A DNA stretch of 64,000 nucleotides, from assembly GCA_964512695.1 (NCBI GenBank), contig CAZEJU010000006.1:2591-66590 (forward strand), in the 5' to 3' direction. Within the stretch, counting starts at the first letter, position 1, and every line of letters begins with the position of its first letter. Shown here one piece after another: positions 27,831 through 37,050 of this stretch. This DNA comes from an uncultured Gammaproteobacteria bacterium (GTDB lineage Bacteria; Patescibacteriota; Microgenomatia; Levybacterales; UBA12049). The notes below the pieces were generated by a model. It was not told where the DNA came from. It saw nothing but the letters and a program-made list of their open reading frames with translations, and ran no database searches. The translations under genes and the position numbers were made by a program.

Positions 27831-28475
27831 TTATAGACCAACTGAGTTCGCACCATATTCCGCTTGTTCCTGTGTAAATTTCTCATAGACCAATTGCTGA
27901 ATCAACCCATCTCGGGAAAATCCTTGCAAATCCATATAAGATTTTGCTTTTTGTGCAGCTTCTTCATTCCAGTTAGCCCCTGAATGGTCAGCTCCATATT
28001 CAGCATCAGCTCGAGAGAATTGTTCATACTCTAGTTGTGCTACAAGTCCATCTCGGGAAAATCCAGAGTAACTTATATAAGATTTTGCTTTTCTGACAGC
28101 ATTCTTTTGACTTACTGTTTCACCAGCAGATTGTTTGTTTTGAGTAGGTGTATTTGTTGCTTTTATAGGAGCAACCGTAGCTTGTTGGTTGGATTGTATA
28201 GTTGGCTCAAGCTGGGTGGTGGGTTGATTTTCTTAAGATACTGTTGGTGTAGGATTTTGTGATGCTGTATTAGTGGTAGTCGATTCAGGAGAAGACGCAA
28301 CCATATAAACAAAGAATGCAAATACTGCTGTAACTATCCATTTGGCTGTTTTATTCCACGTAGCGTGCTTCCACATCAGATAAAGACCTACCGGAAAAAA
28401 GAGTAGAAGAAAAAGAATAATACCGCCTGTAGTTTGATACCATTTCTTAGTTTCCATTTTCCGGATTATAAACAA
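27831..28475 (-). pseudogene. Ltp-family (phage TP-J34 Ltp-like superinfection-exclusion) membrane protein gene interrupted by an in-frame TAA
   Basis: The track ORF 28233..28475 (two TM helices plus a Ser/Thr linker) ends with TAA at 28233-28235. The same frame continues without any start codon for 133 codons. That downstream part encodes two Ltp repeats (KAKSYISYSGFSRDGLVAQLEYEQFSRADAEYGADHSGANWNEEA and KAKSYMDLQGFSRDGLIQQLVYEKFTQEQAEYGANSV) before TAA at 27831-27833. Confidence 0.55.
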
Positions 28476-28619
28476 TTTTCACAATAAATACAATAAATGG
28501 TAATTTTTTCAGTAAATGAGGCGGAAAAGTGCCTAAATTAGACAGATTTGTCCAGCAGATACCATAAGAGATTTGCAGTTTTGAAGAGATTTACTCATTT
28601 ATAGAGATAAGTTATCTAG

Positions 28620-28693
28620 TCGGGGACAGAGGACTTGAACCTCCGACCTCACGGTCCCAAACCGCGCGCTCTAGCCAACTGAGCTAGTCCCCG
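28620..28693 (-). tRNA. tRNA-Pro (anticodon TGG)
   Basis: Revcomp CGGGGACTAGCTCAGTTGGCTAGAGCGCGCGGTTTGGGACCGTG...GGTTCAAGTCCTCTGTCCCCGA. The anticodon loop is TTTGGGA. Confidence 0.8.
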
Positions 28694-28697
28694 AGAG

Positions 28698-28781
28698 TAC
28701 CGCGAGAGAGAGTCGAACTCTCATGTCCTTTACGGACGAGGGCTCTTAAGGCCCTTGTGTCTACCATTCCACCACCGCGGC
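28698..28781 (-). tRNA. tRNA-Leu (anticodon TAA), type II with a long variable arm
   Basis: Revcomp GCCGCGGTGGTGGAATGGTAGACACAAGGGCCTTAAGAGCCCT + variable arm CGTCCGTAAAGGACAT + GAGAGTTCGACTCTCTCTCGCGGTA. Confidence 0.8.
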
Positions 28782-28953
28782 GTGTAATGCGTTTACAGAA
28801 CAAAACGCATACATAATTGTACTCGAATTGTGTCTTTTATTCAACCGAAGTTCCTACAGTAGCCGATAAACGCCAGCTTACCTGCTCGAATACATCCAAA
28901 GCTTCATGGGTTAATGAGCGTAGTTAAAAAGATAAGCAGTATCGACCTTAAGT

Positions 28954-29919
28954 TTATAAAAGTGATTGTGGAGGTTCTTTGCCTAATACTTTTAATGAAT
29001 AGTTAAGAAGTTGTTTCATTTCTTCTCTACGGTTAGGACTATTGAGTAAAACGCCTATTAATTTTACTCCATCTTTTTCATAGTATGTTACTAAACACAT
29101 GCCAGCTTCGGGGGTAAAACCAGTTTTTACACCTTTAACTCCTGGATAGGAAGAAATAAGATTCGTTTCATTTGTAAGCTCGAATGCCTTATGTGTAGCA
29201 TTTGCTGGAATAGTGTATTGATACGTTGACACGACTGTTTTAAACAAAGGAAAGTTTTCTAATGCGTATTTCGTCATTACTAGCAGATCGTATGATGTAG
29301 TATACTGTTCACCATCTCCCTGGAGACCTGAAGGGTTTGAAAATCGGGTATTATAAAGACCGAGAACTCTCGCTTTATTATGCATAGCCGCTATAAACTC
29401 ATACCGCCCTGCTATGAAATTATGTGCGAAGACTTCCGCTGCGTCATTACCAGAATTAAGCATCAGTCCATAGAGAAGTTCTTCTTTATTTACTATCTCT
29501 CCTGCTTCTAGACCCATACTGTCTTCACCGACGAGATCTTCTTCATGTACCGTATACACTTCAGGCATTCCTTTATCTTCAAGTGCGATAATAGCTGTCA
29601 TTATTTTCGTTAAAGATGCCATAGGTAGTTTTTCTTTAGGATTTTTTTCAAATAGTACTTTATTATTAGTGAGATCATAGACCAACGCAGACTTTGCTTG
29701 GATTTCTGGGACATCATTAGTAGCTGCTAATATTTCCCCAATAGGTTCCCAAACATCCAGAAGCGTTACTTGTTTATTATTCTCAACTGATAAAAAATCA
29801 GGTAGAGGAGACATAAAAGCAGCTGGTAATTCTTCGAAAGGGCGGTATATATAAAAAATAAGAAACGAAGCTATACCGAGAAGCAACACTGTCATCGAAT
29901 ATGCAAACCAGAATCTCAT
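28954..29919 (-). CDS. dacA: D-alanyl-D-alanine carboxypeptidase (PBP5/6-type, peptidase S11)
   Basis: SxxK (ASLTK), SGN (LNSGNDAAE) and KTG (KGVKTGFT) motifs are present, with an N-terminal membrane/signal segment. Confidence 0.8.
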   Translation of the reverse strand: MRFWFAYSMTVLLLGIASFLIFYIYRPFEELPAAFMSPLPDFLSVENNKQVTLLDVWEPIGEILAATNDVPEIQAKSALVYDLTNNKVLFEKNPKEKLPMASLTKIMTAIIALEDKGMPEVYTVHEEDLVGEDSMGLEAGEIVNKEELLYGLMLNSGNDAAEVFAHNFIAGRYEFIAAMHNKARVLGLYNTRFSNPSGLQGDGEQYTTSYDLLVMTKYALENFPLFKTVVSTYQYTIPANATHKAFELTNETNLISSYPGVKGVKTGFTPEAGMCLVTYYEKDGVKLIGVLLNSPNRREEMKQLLNYSLKVLGKEPPQSLL

Positions 29920-29968
29920 ACAGTAGTATCATAACAAATAAGTATATGATGAGTGCTATACTACATAT

Positions 29969-30796
29969 ATGTTGAGCTTAAAAGTACTATCTCTTAATAT
30001 CATGGGTATTCCTTTTAACGCAGATAATATATGGGGAACGCTTTTCAATTCGTCACTTCCTTTACGACATAATAAAACAGCCCAGGCAATTTCGGCACTT
30101 GACCCTGATATTATTTGTTTACAAGAAGTTTTGACATATTATCAAATCCGTATCTTTAAAAAGCTTTTACCAAGCCATCCGTATACTTCGTTTCAGAATT
30201 CAGTTATAGGTCCGAAAGGAGGATTAGTGGTTTTTTCTAAGTTACCTCTTATAAAGCAAGGCTTTGTCGAATTTAAAAAAAATGGAACTTTTAGGAATAA
30301 ATCATTTATTTGGAAGTTATTAAAAAATGGCATATTGATTACAAAACTCGTCAATCATCCTGTTATTCTACTGAATACGCATTTAACAGCGAATTTTGAC
30401 TGGGATTGGAGTTTGAGTAATCGATTTGTTCCTTACCTTACTTCACAATTACAACAAATGAAGCGAACTCTAGAAGTATATAGTGATAAAAATATTGTTC
30501 TATCAGTTGGAGATTTTAATATGGACAGGAATACAGAGATCTATAAAAATTTTTTAAAAGAAAATGCAGTGACTGATATTTTCGCTGACGTAGATTATAC
30601 TTCGATGCATGAGTTCTACGCTCAGCCCGGAAAAGAACCTCCCATTACTGACTACATATTTCTTTCGAAAGAAAGATATCGTGTGAGTGTTAAAGAAAAA
30701 AATGTAGTATTTAAAGATAAGGTAACTGAAGGAAAAAAAGAGTTTTATTTATCAGACCATACAGGACTCTTTGTTACAGTCGAATGTAATTTATGA
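29969..30796 (+). CDS. Endonuclease/exonuclease/phosphatase (EEP) family protein
   Basis: N-terminal DIICLQEV and C-terminal LSDHTGLFV catalytic motifs. Confidence 0.65.
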   Translation: MLSLKVLSLNIMGIPFNADNIWGTLFNSSLPLRHNKTAQAISALDPDIICLQEVLTYYQIRIFKKLLPSHPYTSFQNSVIGPKGGLVVFSKLPLIKQGFVEFKKNGTFRNKSFIWKLLKNGILITKLVNHPVILLNTHLTANFDWDWSLSNRFVPYLTSQLQQMKRTLEVYSDKNIVLSVGDFNMDRNTEIYKNFLKENAVTDIFADVDYTSMHEFYAQPGKEPPITDYIFLSKERYRVSVKEKNVVFKDKVTEGKKEFYLSDHTGLFVTVECNL

Positions 30797-31566
30797 CGAT
30801 AATCCAAACAGTCATTCTAGCAATTATTGAAGGTATTACGGAATTTCTTCCGGTATCTTCGACTGGTCATCTTACGTTAACAGCACATGCTTTAGGTATC
30901 GAACAGACTTCCTTCGTTAAAAGTTTTGAGATTTTTATTCAACTAGGTGCTATTTTAGCAATTGTTTTCCTTTATTGGAAAACATTACTTCAGAAAAAGG
31001 AAATTTGGTTGCGTATAATTTGCGCCTTTATTCCTACAGGTATTCTCGGTTTAATTTTATATAAGGTAATTAAGACATATTTGATAGGGAACGAGTGGGT
31101 AACCATAGTCTCACTTTTTATAGGAGGTGTACTTCTGATTCTTATTGAGCTTAAACATAAAAAGAAGGTTTTTAAAAACCAAGAAATTACAGATATATCC
31201 TATAAACAAGCTTTTTTTATAGGTGTATTTCAATCTGTTTCTATGATTCCAGGAGTCTCCCGAGCAGCTGCAACTATACTAGGAGGACAATTATTAGGAG
31301 CTTCCAGGAAAACAGCAGTAGAGTTTTCATTTCTCTTAGCTCTACCGACTATGACAGCTGCTACAGTCTTAGATTTAAAAGAAAGTATGTTATCGTTTAC
31401 TGCTGATGAATTTTTTCTTCTGGGTCTAGGTTTTATGGTTTCGTGCGTAGTAGCTATTATAACTGTAAAATTTTTCTTAAATTTGATAAAAACGAACACG
31501 TTTATACCTTTCGGAATCTATAGAATTTTTATAGCTGTTCTTTACTGGTTTATTATGCTTCGTTAA
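30793..31566 (+). CDS. uppP: Undecaprenyl-diphosphate phosphatase
   Basis: BacA/UppP signature IEGITEFLPVSSTGHL and a second PGxSRSGxT-like region IPGVSRAAATILGG. It overlaps the upstream gene by 4 nt. Confidence 0.9.
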   Translation: MTIIQTVILAIIEGITEFLPVSSTGHLTLTAHALGIEQTSFVKSFEIFIQLGAILAIVFLYWKTLLQKKEIWLRIICAFIPTGILGLILYKVIKTYLIGNEWVTIVSLFIGGVLLILIELKHKKKVFKNQEITDISYKQAFFIGVFQSVSMIPGVSRAAATILGGQLLGASRKTAVEFSFLLALPTMTAATVLDLKESMLSFTADEFFLLGLGFMVSCVVAIITVKFFLNLIKTNTFIPFGIYRIFIAVLYWFIMLR

Positions 31567-31792
31567 GTTTGTGAAAATATTTATATCTTCATTTTAGGCC
31601 GTAAAATCAATCTAAACTGGGTTAGCAAATTCAGTTAAAGTGTGAAAAGTTTTTTGACCACTTTAGTATATAGTTTGCATCTTTTAATCATATTGACGAG
31701 TTTGTATGAAGCAGTTAGTATGTTATCTAATCACAGTGTATATATAAAAGTATTACTCAGTTATATCTGCCCAGTAACAGAGTAGTATAAAT

Positions 31793-32055
31793 CATCCGAT
31801 CTACGGGATGGAAAGTTTTTTTTCGCAATATTTTATGATGTTTTTTTCGTGGTTAAAAGGATGTTATAAAACTTGTATGAAAGCAATTGTTTCACCAGTT
31901 TCTCTGGGAAATTTCAGCGGTCCTATAAGTTCAGAAGTGATTTTCTAAGTTATACAAATTTTATTATGATTTTCTGCCCAAAAAATCAAAGAAACTACTG
32001 TATTTATAAAACATTACCTTTCATATCCGAATAGTACGGTATGGAAGGTTTTTTT
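31793..32055. repeat. Pair of about 31-nt direct repeats (hairpin + T-run) in the 530-bp leader of the sipW operon
   Basis: CATCCGATCTACGGGATGGAAAGTTTTTTTT at 31793-31823 and CATATCCGAATAGTACGGTATGGAAGGTTTTTTT at 32022-32055. Confidence 0.4.
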
Positions 32056-32098
32056 GTAGTTAGGGATGATTTTACAAAAAGAAGGGGGGTGAAAAAAA

Positions 32099-32671
32099 AT
32101 GATAAATAGAAGAATCGCAATAAGTAGTATGTCTATTCTCGCAGCGCTGTCTCTTATGACTGGCGCAACCTTCGCGTACTTTTCAAGCTCTGCAACAAGT
32201 ACTAACAATACTTTTTCTTCGGGAACGTTGGTGTTAGCACTTACTGACACTACTGAAACAGATATGGCAGCAGTTCAGGCATCATTTGGAGCTACTAACA
32301 TGGCACCTGGGACATGTACTGGAGATCAAGTTTTAACATTAGATAATATCGGAACAGTAGTTGCAAATCATTTAGAAATAGCTGCATCTAATACAGATAG
32401 TGCAATGGCTGGTAAATTAAGAATTAAAAAATTTATGTTTGACGGAACTGACTTACTAAACGGAATAATAGGCACTACGGCCGGTGATCCAGCGTTGAAA
32501 GATCTTAGCGATCTTGCGACAGCAGGATATGATGATATCGGTATGTCCGATCTCAATGACCATACTATAACAATGGATGTTTGTCTAGATGAATCAGCAC
32601 CTGATAGTTTACAAGGGTCAACAAACACTTTGAATTTAACGTTTGCCCTTAATCAACATGTTAGTCAGTAG
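32099..32671 (+). CDS. SipW-cognate secreted protein, TasA/camelysin-like
   Basis: Strong RBS AAGGGGGGTGA. The N-terminus has a hydrophobic core ending TGATFAYFSSSATSTNNTF, the SipW-type cognate signal motif (AYFSD-like). Located upstream of sipW. Confidence 0.6.
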   Translation: MINRRIAISSMSILAALSLMTGATFAYFSSSATSTNNTFSSGTLVLALTDTTETDMAAVQASFGATNMAPGTCTGDQVLTLDNIGTVVANHLEIAASNTDSAMAGKLRIKKFMFDGTDLLNGIIGTTAGDPALKDLSDLATAGYDDIGMSDLNDHTITMDVCLDESAPDSLQGSTNTLNLTFALNQHVSQ

Positions 32672-32762
32672 GTAGTAGTTATTTTGTCTTGCGAGTGGGG
32701 AGTGAAGCCCAACACACTCCCCACTACAAGCGGAAAAGATAGTAGATTTAAGATTTAAAAAT

Positions 32763-33341
32763 ATGAAAAACTTTCGTTCATTTTTTAATACATTCTTTAC
32801 AACCAAAATAAAAAAAATAGTATCGATTTCTCTCCAATCGATACTATTCGTTCTGCTTCTCCTAACAGTAGCGACATTCGTTTCATCGCGAACACCACTT
32901 TTCGGACAATTCCGTTCTATGGTTGTACTTACTGGAAGTATGGAACCTGTTCTTCCTGTCGGCAGTATCGTATATATCACGAAACAAATTGCTTATGATA
33001 ATAAAGATGTCATTACTTTTCAGAATAATGCAGGTCAGAATGTGACCCACAGAATTGTAGATATAGCATTCACGGATGAGGGGACTGTTTATACCACAAA
33101 AGGAGATGCCAACGAGAGAGCTGATACTGCTTTAGTACCCAACGCGAATGTTACAGGTAAAGTTTTCTTTACACTTCCATTTATAGGTAAAGTTATTAAC
33201 TTTCTTAACCGTCCAGAAGGATTTATCAGTTTAGTCATCGTTCCTACGTTTTTCTTAATCGTTATAGAGTTATGGAATATTAAAAAAGAACTTGAGAAAC
33301 ACATAGAGAAGAAATTAATGGATAGATTGCAAATCAATTAA
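32763..33341 (+). CDS. sipW: Signal peptidase I, SipW-type (S26B, archaeal/ER-like)
   Basis: N-terminal TM, then VVLTGSMEPVLPVGSIVYI (SGSMEP catalytic Ser motif), a conserved HRIV region and a C-terminal TM. Confidence 0.75.
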   Translation: MKNFRSFFNTFFTTKIKKIVSISLQSILFVLLLLTVATFVSSRTPLFGQFRSMVVLTGSMEPVLPVGSIVYITKQIAYDNKDVITFQNNAGQNVTHRIVDIAFTDEGTVYTTKGDANERADTALVPNANVTGKVFFTLPFIGKVINFLNRPEGFISLVIVPTFFLIVIELWNIKKELEKHIEKKLMDRLQIN

Positions 33342-33368
33342 TTATCTTCTCAGAGGCTGTTTTACACT

Positions 33369-34061
33369 ATGAAAAGAGTAAACATATTTTCAGCGATAGC
33401 AACTGCAGTAGTATTAGGTTTTGGATCATATACTACTACTTTTGCTCTCTTTAGTAATTCCGCAAGTTCTACCATGAATACTTTCGCAGCAGCCGCTGTC
33501 TTCCCATCCCTTACTCCGACAAGTGAGGAAGTAAACCTTACACCTAGTCCAACTGTCGCGAAAACCCCAACAGAAAATATCATATCTCCTGGAGATATTG
33601 TAATTAATGAAGTGTTTATTCACAATGGAGATAATAATGAATGGGTAGAACTTTTTAATAAAACAGACTCTCCTATTAATGTTTCAGACTGGGCTATTAC
33701 TGATAATGCACACGCCGATAACTTTCCTGATGTACCACCAATTCCAGCGAACGGTTATGCAGTTATAGTCGCAAGTGGCAGCGCTGTAATTCCTTCTATT
33801 CCTGGATCCGCAATCGTAATAGAGTTAAGTAATGATATCGGGAATAATCTTTCTTCTAGTTCAGATCGACTGAGCATAGCTGCTCCAAATGTCGGAATCG
33901 TTGACTCTATGAATTATGGGGCAGATACTAGTTTTTTTAATCCGTCCATCTCTAGTCCCAGTGCGGGGCAATCTATGAGCAGAAATCCTAATGGTATAGA
34001 CACAAATACAGCAGCTGACTGGATATTTGATAGTTCACCAACTATTGGTGGAGCAAACTAA
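33369..34061 (+). CDS. SipW-cognate secreted protein with a lamin-tail domain (LTD)
   Basis: N-terminal signal with TFALFSNSASSTMNTF (SipW-type motif). The LTD signature is INEVFIHNGDNNEWVELFNKTDSPINVSDWAITDN. Confidence 0.6.
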   Translation: MKRVNIFSAIATAVVLGFGSYTTTFALFSNSASSTMNTFAAAAVFPSLTPTSEEVNLTPSPTVAKTPTENIISPGDIVINEVFIHNGDNNEWVELFNKTDSPINVSDWAITDNAHADNFPDVPPIPANGYAVIVASGSAVIPSIPGSAIVIELSNDIGNNLSSSSDRLSIAAPNVGIVDSMNYGADTSFFNPSISSPSAGQSMSRNPNGIDTNTAADWIFDSSPTIGGAN

Positions 34062-34065
34062 CATT

Positions 34066-35013
34066 ATGAAAAAAATACACATTACATTTTTAAAAGTACT
34101 GTCAGTTGTTGTAATTGTTGGCATATGTATTACCCAATTTGAATCCTTTACAGATTTCTTCAGACCTAAAACGGCGTATGCGGTTGGAGATTTAAGTGTA
34201 GATTGGGGTGGAGGAATCGACATCGATATACCGTTATTTGACGTAAGTAATATGATCCCTGGTGATATAGAGTCACGAATCGTTATCGTAAAAAACAATG
34301 CTCCATCATCCCGTCCCGTAGGGGTCAGAAGTAAAAACATTAATAATATTGATACTCTATCAGATGTGCTAACAGTTGTTATAGAAAAAAATGGTACAGC
34401 TATATATGGCACGGGTAGTTCTACAGGAACGAAAACACTGACAAATTTTTTCACTGAAAGCAGTACCATTGATGGTTTACTTTTAAGCCATCAATCGCCT
34501 AGTTCTACAACGCTTTATGAATTTTTTGTTAGTTTTGATGCATTAGCAGGTAATGAATACCAAAATAAAAAGCTTACATTCGATCTCGAAATTGGTATAT
34601 CCATCCCTGTACCGCTGGCATGTCAACATATCGACTTCGGCTTAGCTACACCACTCTTCGGTACTAAAAAAAGTGACAGTATAACTGGTACAGCAGGTAA
34701 TGATCTCATTTACGTATTCGAAGGTGGAGATAAGGTAGATGGAAAAGGTGGAAATGACTGTATAGTGGGCGGAATCGGAGGCGACGAACTAATAGGTGGA
34801 AATGGACATGATGTAATTTTGGGAGAAGAAGGCGGGGACTCACTGGTAGGTGGTGCGGGAAATGACATGGTACTAGGAGGTAATGGAAGCGATACGATGA
34901 GAGGAGATGCAGGAAATGACACAATTATCGGGGAAAATGGTTCAGATGATGCTAGAGGAGGAGTAGGGACAGATAGCTGTGATGCTGAAGCAGAGACACA
35001 ATGTGAGCTGTAA
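34066..35013 (+). CDS. Secreted protein with C-terminal RTX-type (GGxGxD) calcium-binding nonapeptide repeats
   Basis: Probable start is MKKIHITF at 34066, just after the upstream stop; the track start at 34027 overlaps. Signal/TM, then a beta-rich domain, then about 8 repeats: GTAGNDLIYVFEGGDKVDGKGGNDCIVGGIGGDELIGGNGHDVILGEEGGDSLVGGAGNDMVLGGNGSDTMRGDAGNDTIIGENGSDDARGG. Confidence 0.6.
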   Translation: MKKIHITFLKVLSVVVIVGICITQFESFTDFFRPKTAYAVGDLSVDWGGGIDIDIPLFDVSNMIPGDIESRIVIVKNNAPSSRPVGVRSKNINNIDTLSDVLTVVIEKNGTAIYGTGSSTGTKTLTNFFTESSTIDGLLLSHQSPSSTTLYEFFVSFDALAGNEYQNKKLTFDLEIGISIPVPLACQHIDFGLATPLFGTKKSDSITGTAGNDLIYVFEGGDKVDGKGGNDCIVGGIGGDELIGGNGHDVILGEEGGDSLVGGAGNDMVLGGNGSDTMRGDAGNDTIIGENGSDDARGGVGTDSCDAEAETQCEL

Positions 35014-35039
35014 ATATGAAATATGAAATATGAGGTATG
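35012..35039. repeat. Heptanucleotide micro-tandem repeat (AAATATG)x3 + AGGTATG
   Basis: A direct read of the sequence immediately after the RTX gene stop. Confidence 0.5.
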
Positions 35040-35247
35040 AATGAAAAAACAATGAAGTCGTAAGTGTTTTAAAGGTGTCTGTTAAAACTTTGCAAGTTCA
35101 AACATCTCTTAGTTAATAACTCATAGAAAATAGTTCATAACTTTAGTGATTTGATCATGGTATATAGATAGAAGTGCTCTAAATACCGTGAACTTACTAC
35201 TAAAATATTACCCGGAAGGTAATAGGAAGAAAGGAGGTGAATAGAAC

Positions 35248-35850
35248 ATGTTAGTTAAAAAATTAACAACAGGATTGGTTACAGCTGGTTTAGTAATGTC
35301 TGCATTTATTCCTGCGGCATCTGCTGATACAGATGTAACAGTCCAAGGAAATGGTGCAAATTCAGATTCAAAGGTTAAGGTCGATAATAGTAATGTCAAT
35401 GCCGTAGAACAAAAAAGTGTTACGAATGCAATGACAGTCGTCGAAGTAAACCAAAACACTGGTGGAAATACTGCCAATAATAATACAGGCAGTGCCGATG
35501 TCGATGTTACTAGCGGCCATGCTACGGCTACCGTTGTGACTTCTGTCACAGGTGGTAATAACCATGCTACATCTAACGGTTGTGGTTGTCCAGAAGGTGA
35601 TACTACAGTTACCGTTAAGAATAATGGAGCGAATTCAGACAATAAAGTTAAAGTAAATAACAGTAATGTTAACGTTTCTTCACAGAAATCAAAGACAAAT
35701 GCTGTAACAGTTGTCTCGCTCAAGCAAAAAACCGGTAAAAATAAAGCAAACGCAAATACAGGAGGAGGCAGTAAAACTGTCACATCCGGAAATGCGACAG
35801 CTGCAGTTTCTACAACTGTAACCGGAGGTTCAAATACATTAAATCCTTAA
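35248..35850 (+). CDS. Secreted tandem-repeat protein (2 x about 75-aa Asn/Gly/Thr-rich module); paralogue of 50506..55298 proteins
   Basis: RBS GAAAGGAGGTGA, Sec signal with an ASA cleavage site. Repeats: VTVQGNGANSDSKVKVDNSNVNAVEQKS.TNA.TVV...NTGGNTANNNTG...VTSG.ATA and VTVKNNGANSDNKVKVNNSNVNVSSQKS.TNAVTVV...KTGKNKANANTGGG...VTSGNATA. A CGCPEGD linker joins the repeats. Confidence 0.6.
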   Translation: MLVKKLTTGLVTAGLVMSAFIPAASADTDVTVQGNGANSDSKVKVDNSNVNAVEQKSVTNAMTVVEVNQNTGGNTANNNTGSADVDVTSGHATATVVTSVTGGNNHATSNGCGCPEGDTTVTVKNNGANSDNKVKVNNSNVNVSSQKSKTNAVTVVSLKQKTGKNKANANTGGGSKTVTSGNATAAVSTTVTGGSNTLNP

Positions 35851-35870
35851 TTACAAAGGACTTGTATTAA

Positions 35871-35907
35871 AAAAAACCCTGCCCGCATCCTGCGACAGGG
35901 TTTTTTT
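35871..35907. terminator. Bidirectional intrinsic terminator
   Basis: A6-CCCTGCCCGC atcct GCGACAGGG-T7. Confidence 0.6.
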
Positions 35908-35995
35908 ATGGCCGTAAAGGCTGAGCTTTCTTTTTAAAAAATAGTATGGTATTCTCTAACTAGAATTTTCTCGCTGTTTATAAAAAAACTAACAT

Positions 35996-36496
35996 ATGGA
36001 TTTCTCTCTACTAAATACAGTTCGATTTTCATTACTTTTAATTGTTACTTTTCTTATCTCAAGCACTTCTTTAGCATATGCTTCATCTAAGACTGAGGTA
36101 AACGTGTCAACAAATACAGGTAATAATACAGTTAATGGCCAAACAGTTGAGTCAAAGTCTGAAACCAGAATCATAATCAATGGAAAAGAGTATGTGAACG
36201 ACAATACTGGAAAATCATATGATATTGTGGAGGAAAATAATGAAGGTCGGATAGAAGTTCACGTCAATAGTAACAAATCAGATACAAAAACTCAGATAAA
36301 AAGTAATCAAGGTTCTACCACAACAGTAACCGTAACACCCAAGCCGACAAAGACAACAGAGGTCAAAAGCTCAATGACAAAGAAATCTGATCAAAAAGAG
36401 GAAATGAAGGCTGAAAAGAAAAGTATATTAGATTCGATAAAAGCCCAACTTGATGCATTCTTCTCATCAATTACCTCATTCTTCTCAAAAAAATAA
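35996..36496 (+). CDS. Hypothetical secreted protein (signal peptide; Asn/Thr/Lys-rich)
   Basis: Signal with an AYA cleavage site. Contains NTGNNTVNGQTVES, reminiscent of the repeat family. Confidence 0.4.
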   Translation: MDFSLLNTVRFSLLLIVTFLISSTSLAYASSKTEVNVSTNTGNNTVNGQTVESKSETRIIINGKEYVNDNTGKSYDIVEENNEGRIEVHVNSNKSDTKTQIKSNQGSTTTVTVTPKPTKTTEVKSSMTKKSDQKEEMKAEKKSILDSIKAQLDAFFSSITSFFSKK

Positions 36497-37042
36497 TTCG
36501 TTTTCTTTAAGAATACCCACTACAACAAACCTATGACTGTCAAGAAAGCCAGTACAGGTATACAACGTTATTCTTTTATCCTGAGACTGTTTTAATACAG
36601 AAACCTGATCAGGGGTTACTGTAGCTGTATAATGAACATCAAATTTATATTTTTTATTATCTTCACTCGTAATTATTATTTCCTCTCCTATTTTAATTTT
36701 AGGAAGCTTACCTAATAAGTTCGGCCAATTATGACCATAAAGGATACTATTACCAGTCTCTCCTGGAACAGGGGAATGAATGAGATAAGAGACACCTTCT
36801 GTAGTTGCCTCCCACTCATTATTGATGATTTTTGATTGAATAATAGGTAGTACTATCTTAAGAGATGGAATTTCAATAGATGTGGGATTTGCTATTTTTT
36901 TAGAAGTTAAATTTGCTGTAACTTGGTGTGAATCTGCAAATGATATTCTGGTTGGTTTCGTTCTTTCAATAAACCCATAGCCTGCAAAAATATAGCAGTA
37001 TATTCCGAATATAATAAGGAATAGAGAAATTATTTTTCTCAT
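36485..37042 (-). CDS. Sortase family transpeptidase
   Basis: N-terminal TM, a conserved His region (ILYGHNWPN) and a TLxTC-type catalytic Cys motif (ITLYTCTG). Confidence 0.65.
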   Translation of the reverse strand: MRKIISLFLIIFGIYCYIFAGYGFIERTKPTRISFADSHQVTANLTSKKIANPTSIEIPSLKIVLPIIQSKIINNEWEATTEGVSYLIHSPVPGETGNSILYGHNWPNLLGKLPKIKIGEEIIITSEDNKKYKFDVHYTATVTPDQVSVLKQSQDKRITLYTCTGFLDSHRFVVVGILKENELFF

Positions 37043-37050
37043 AAGGGAGT

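Noticed and set aside
28035-28262. Plus-strand ORF 28035..28262
   Set aside because: It is antisense to the Ltp-repeat coding region, which is recognisable on the minus strand.
31230-35783. Antisense ORFs across uppP, the SipW operon and the repeat gene (31230..31499, 32014..32250, 32368..32628, 32636..32980, 33089..33337, 33362..33583, 33426..33623, 34035..34469, 34706..34924, 34710..34922, 35208..35783, 35368..35565)
   Set aside because: They oppose genes with clear motifs and RBS. The Pro/His-rich products at 34706-34924 are antisense artefacts of the GGxGxD repeat DNA. 35208..35783 is antisense to a gene with a perfect RBS and terminator.
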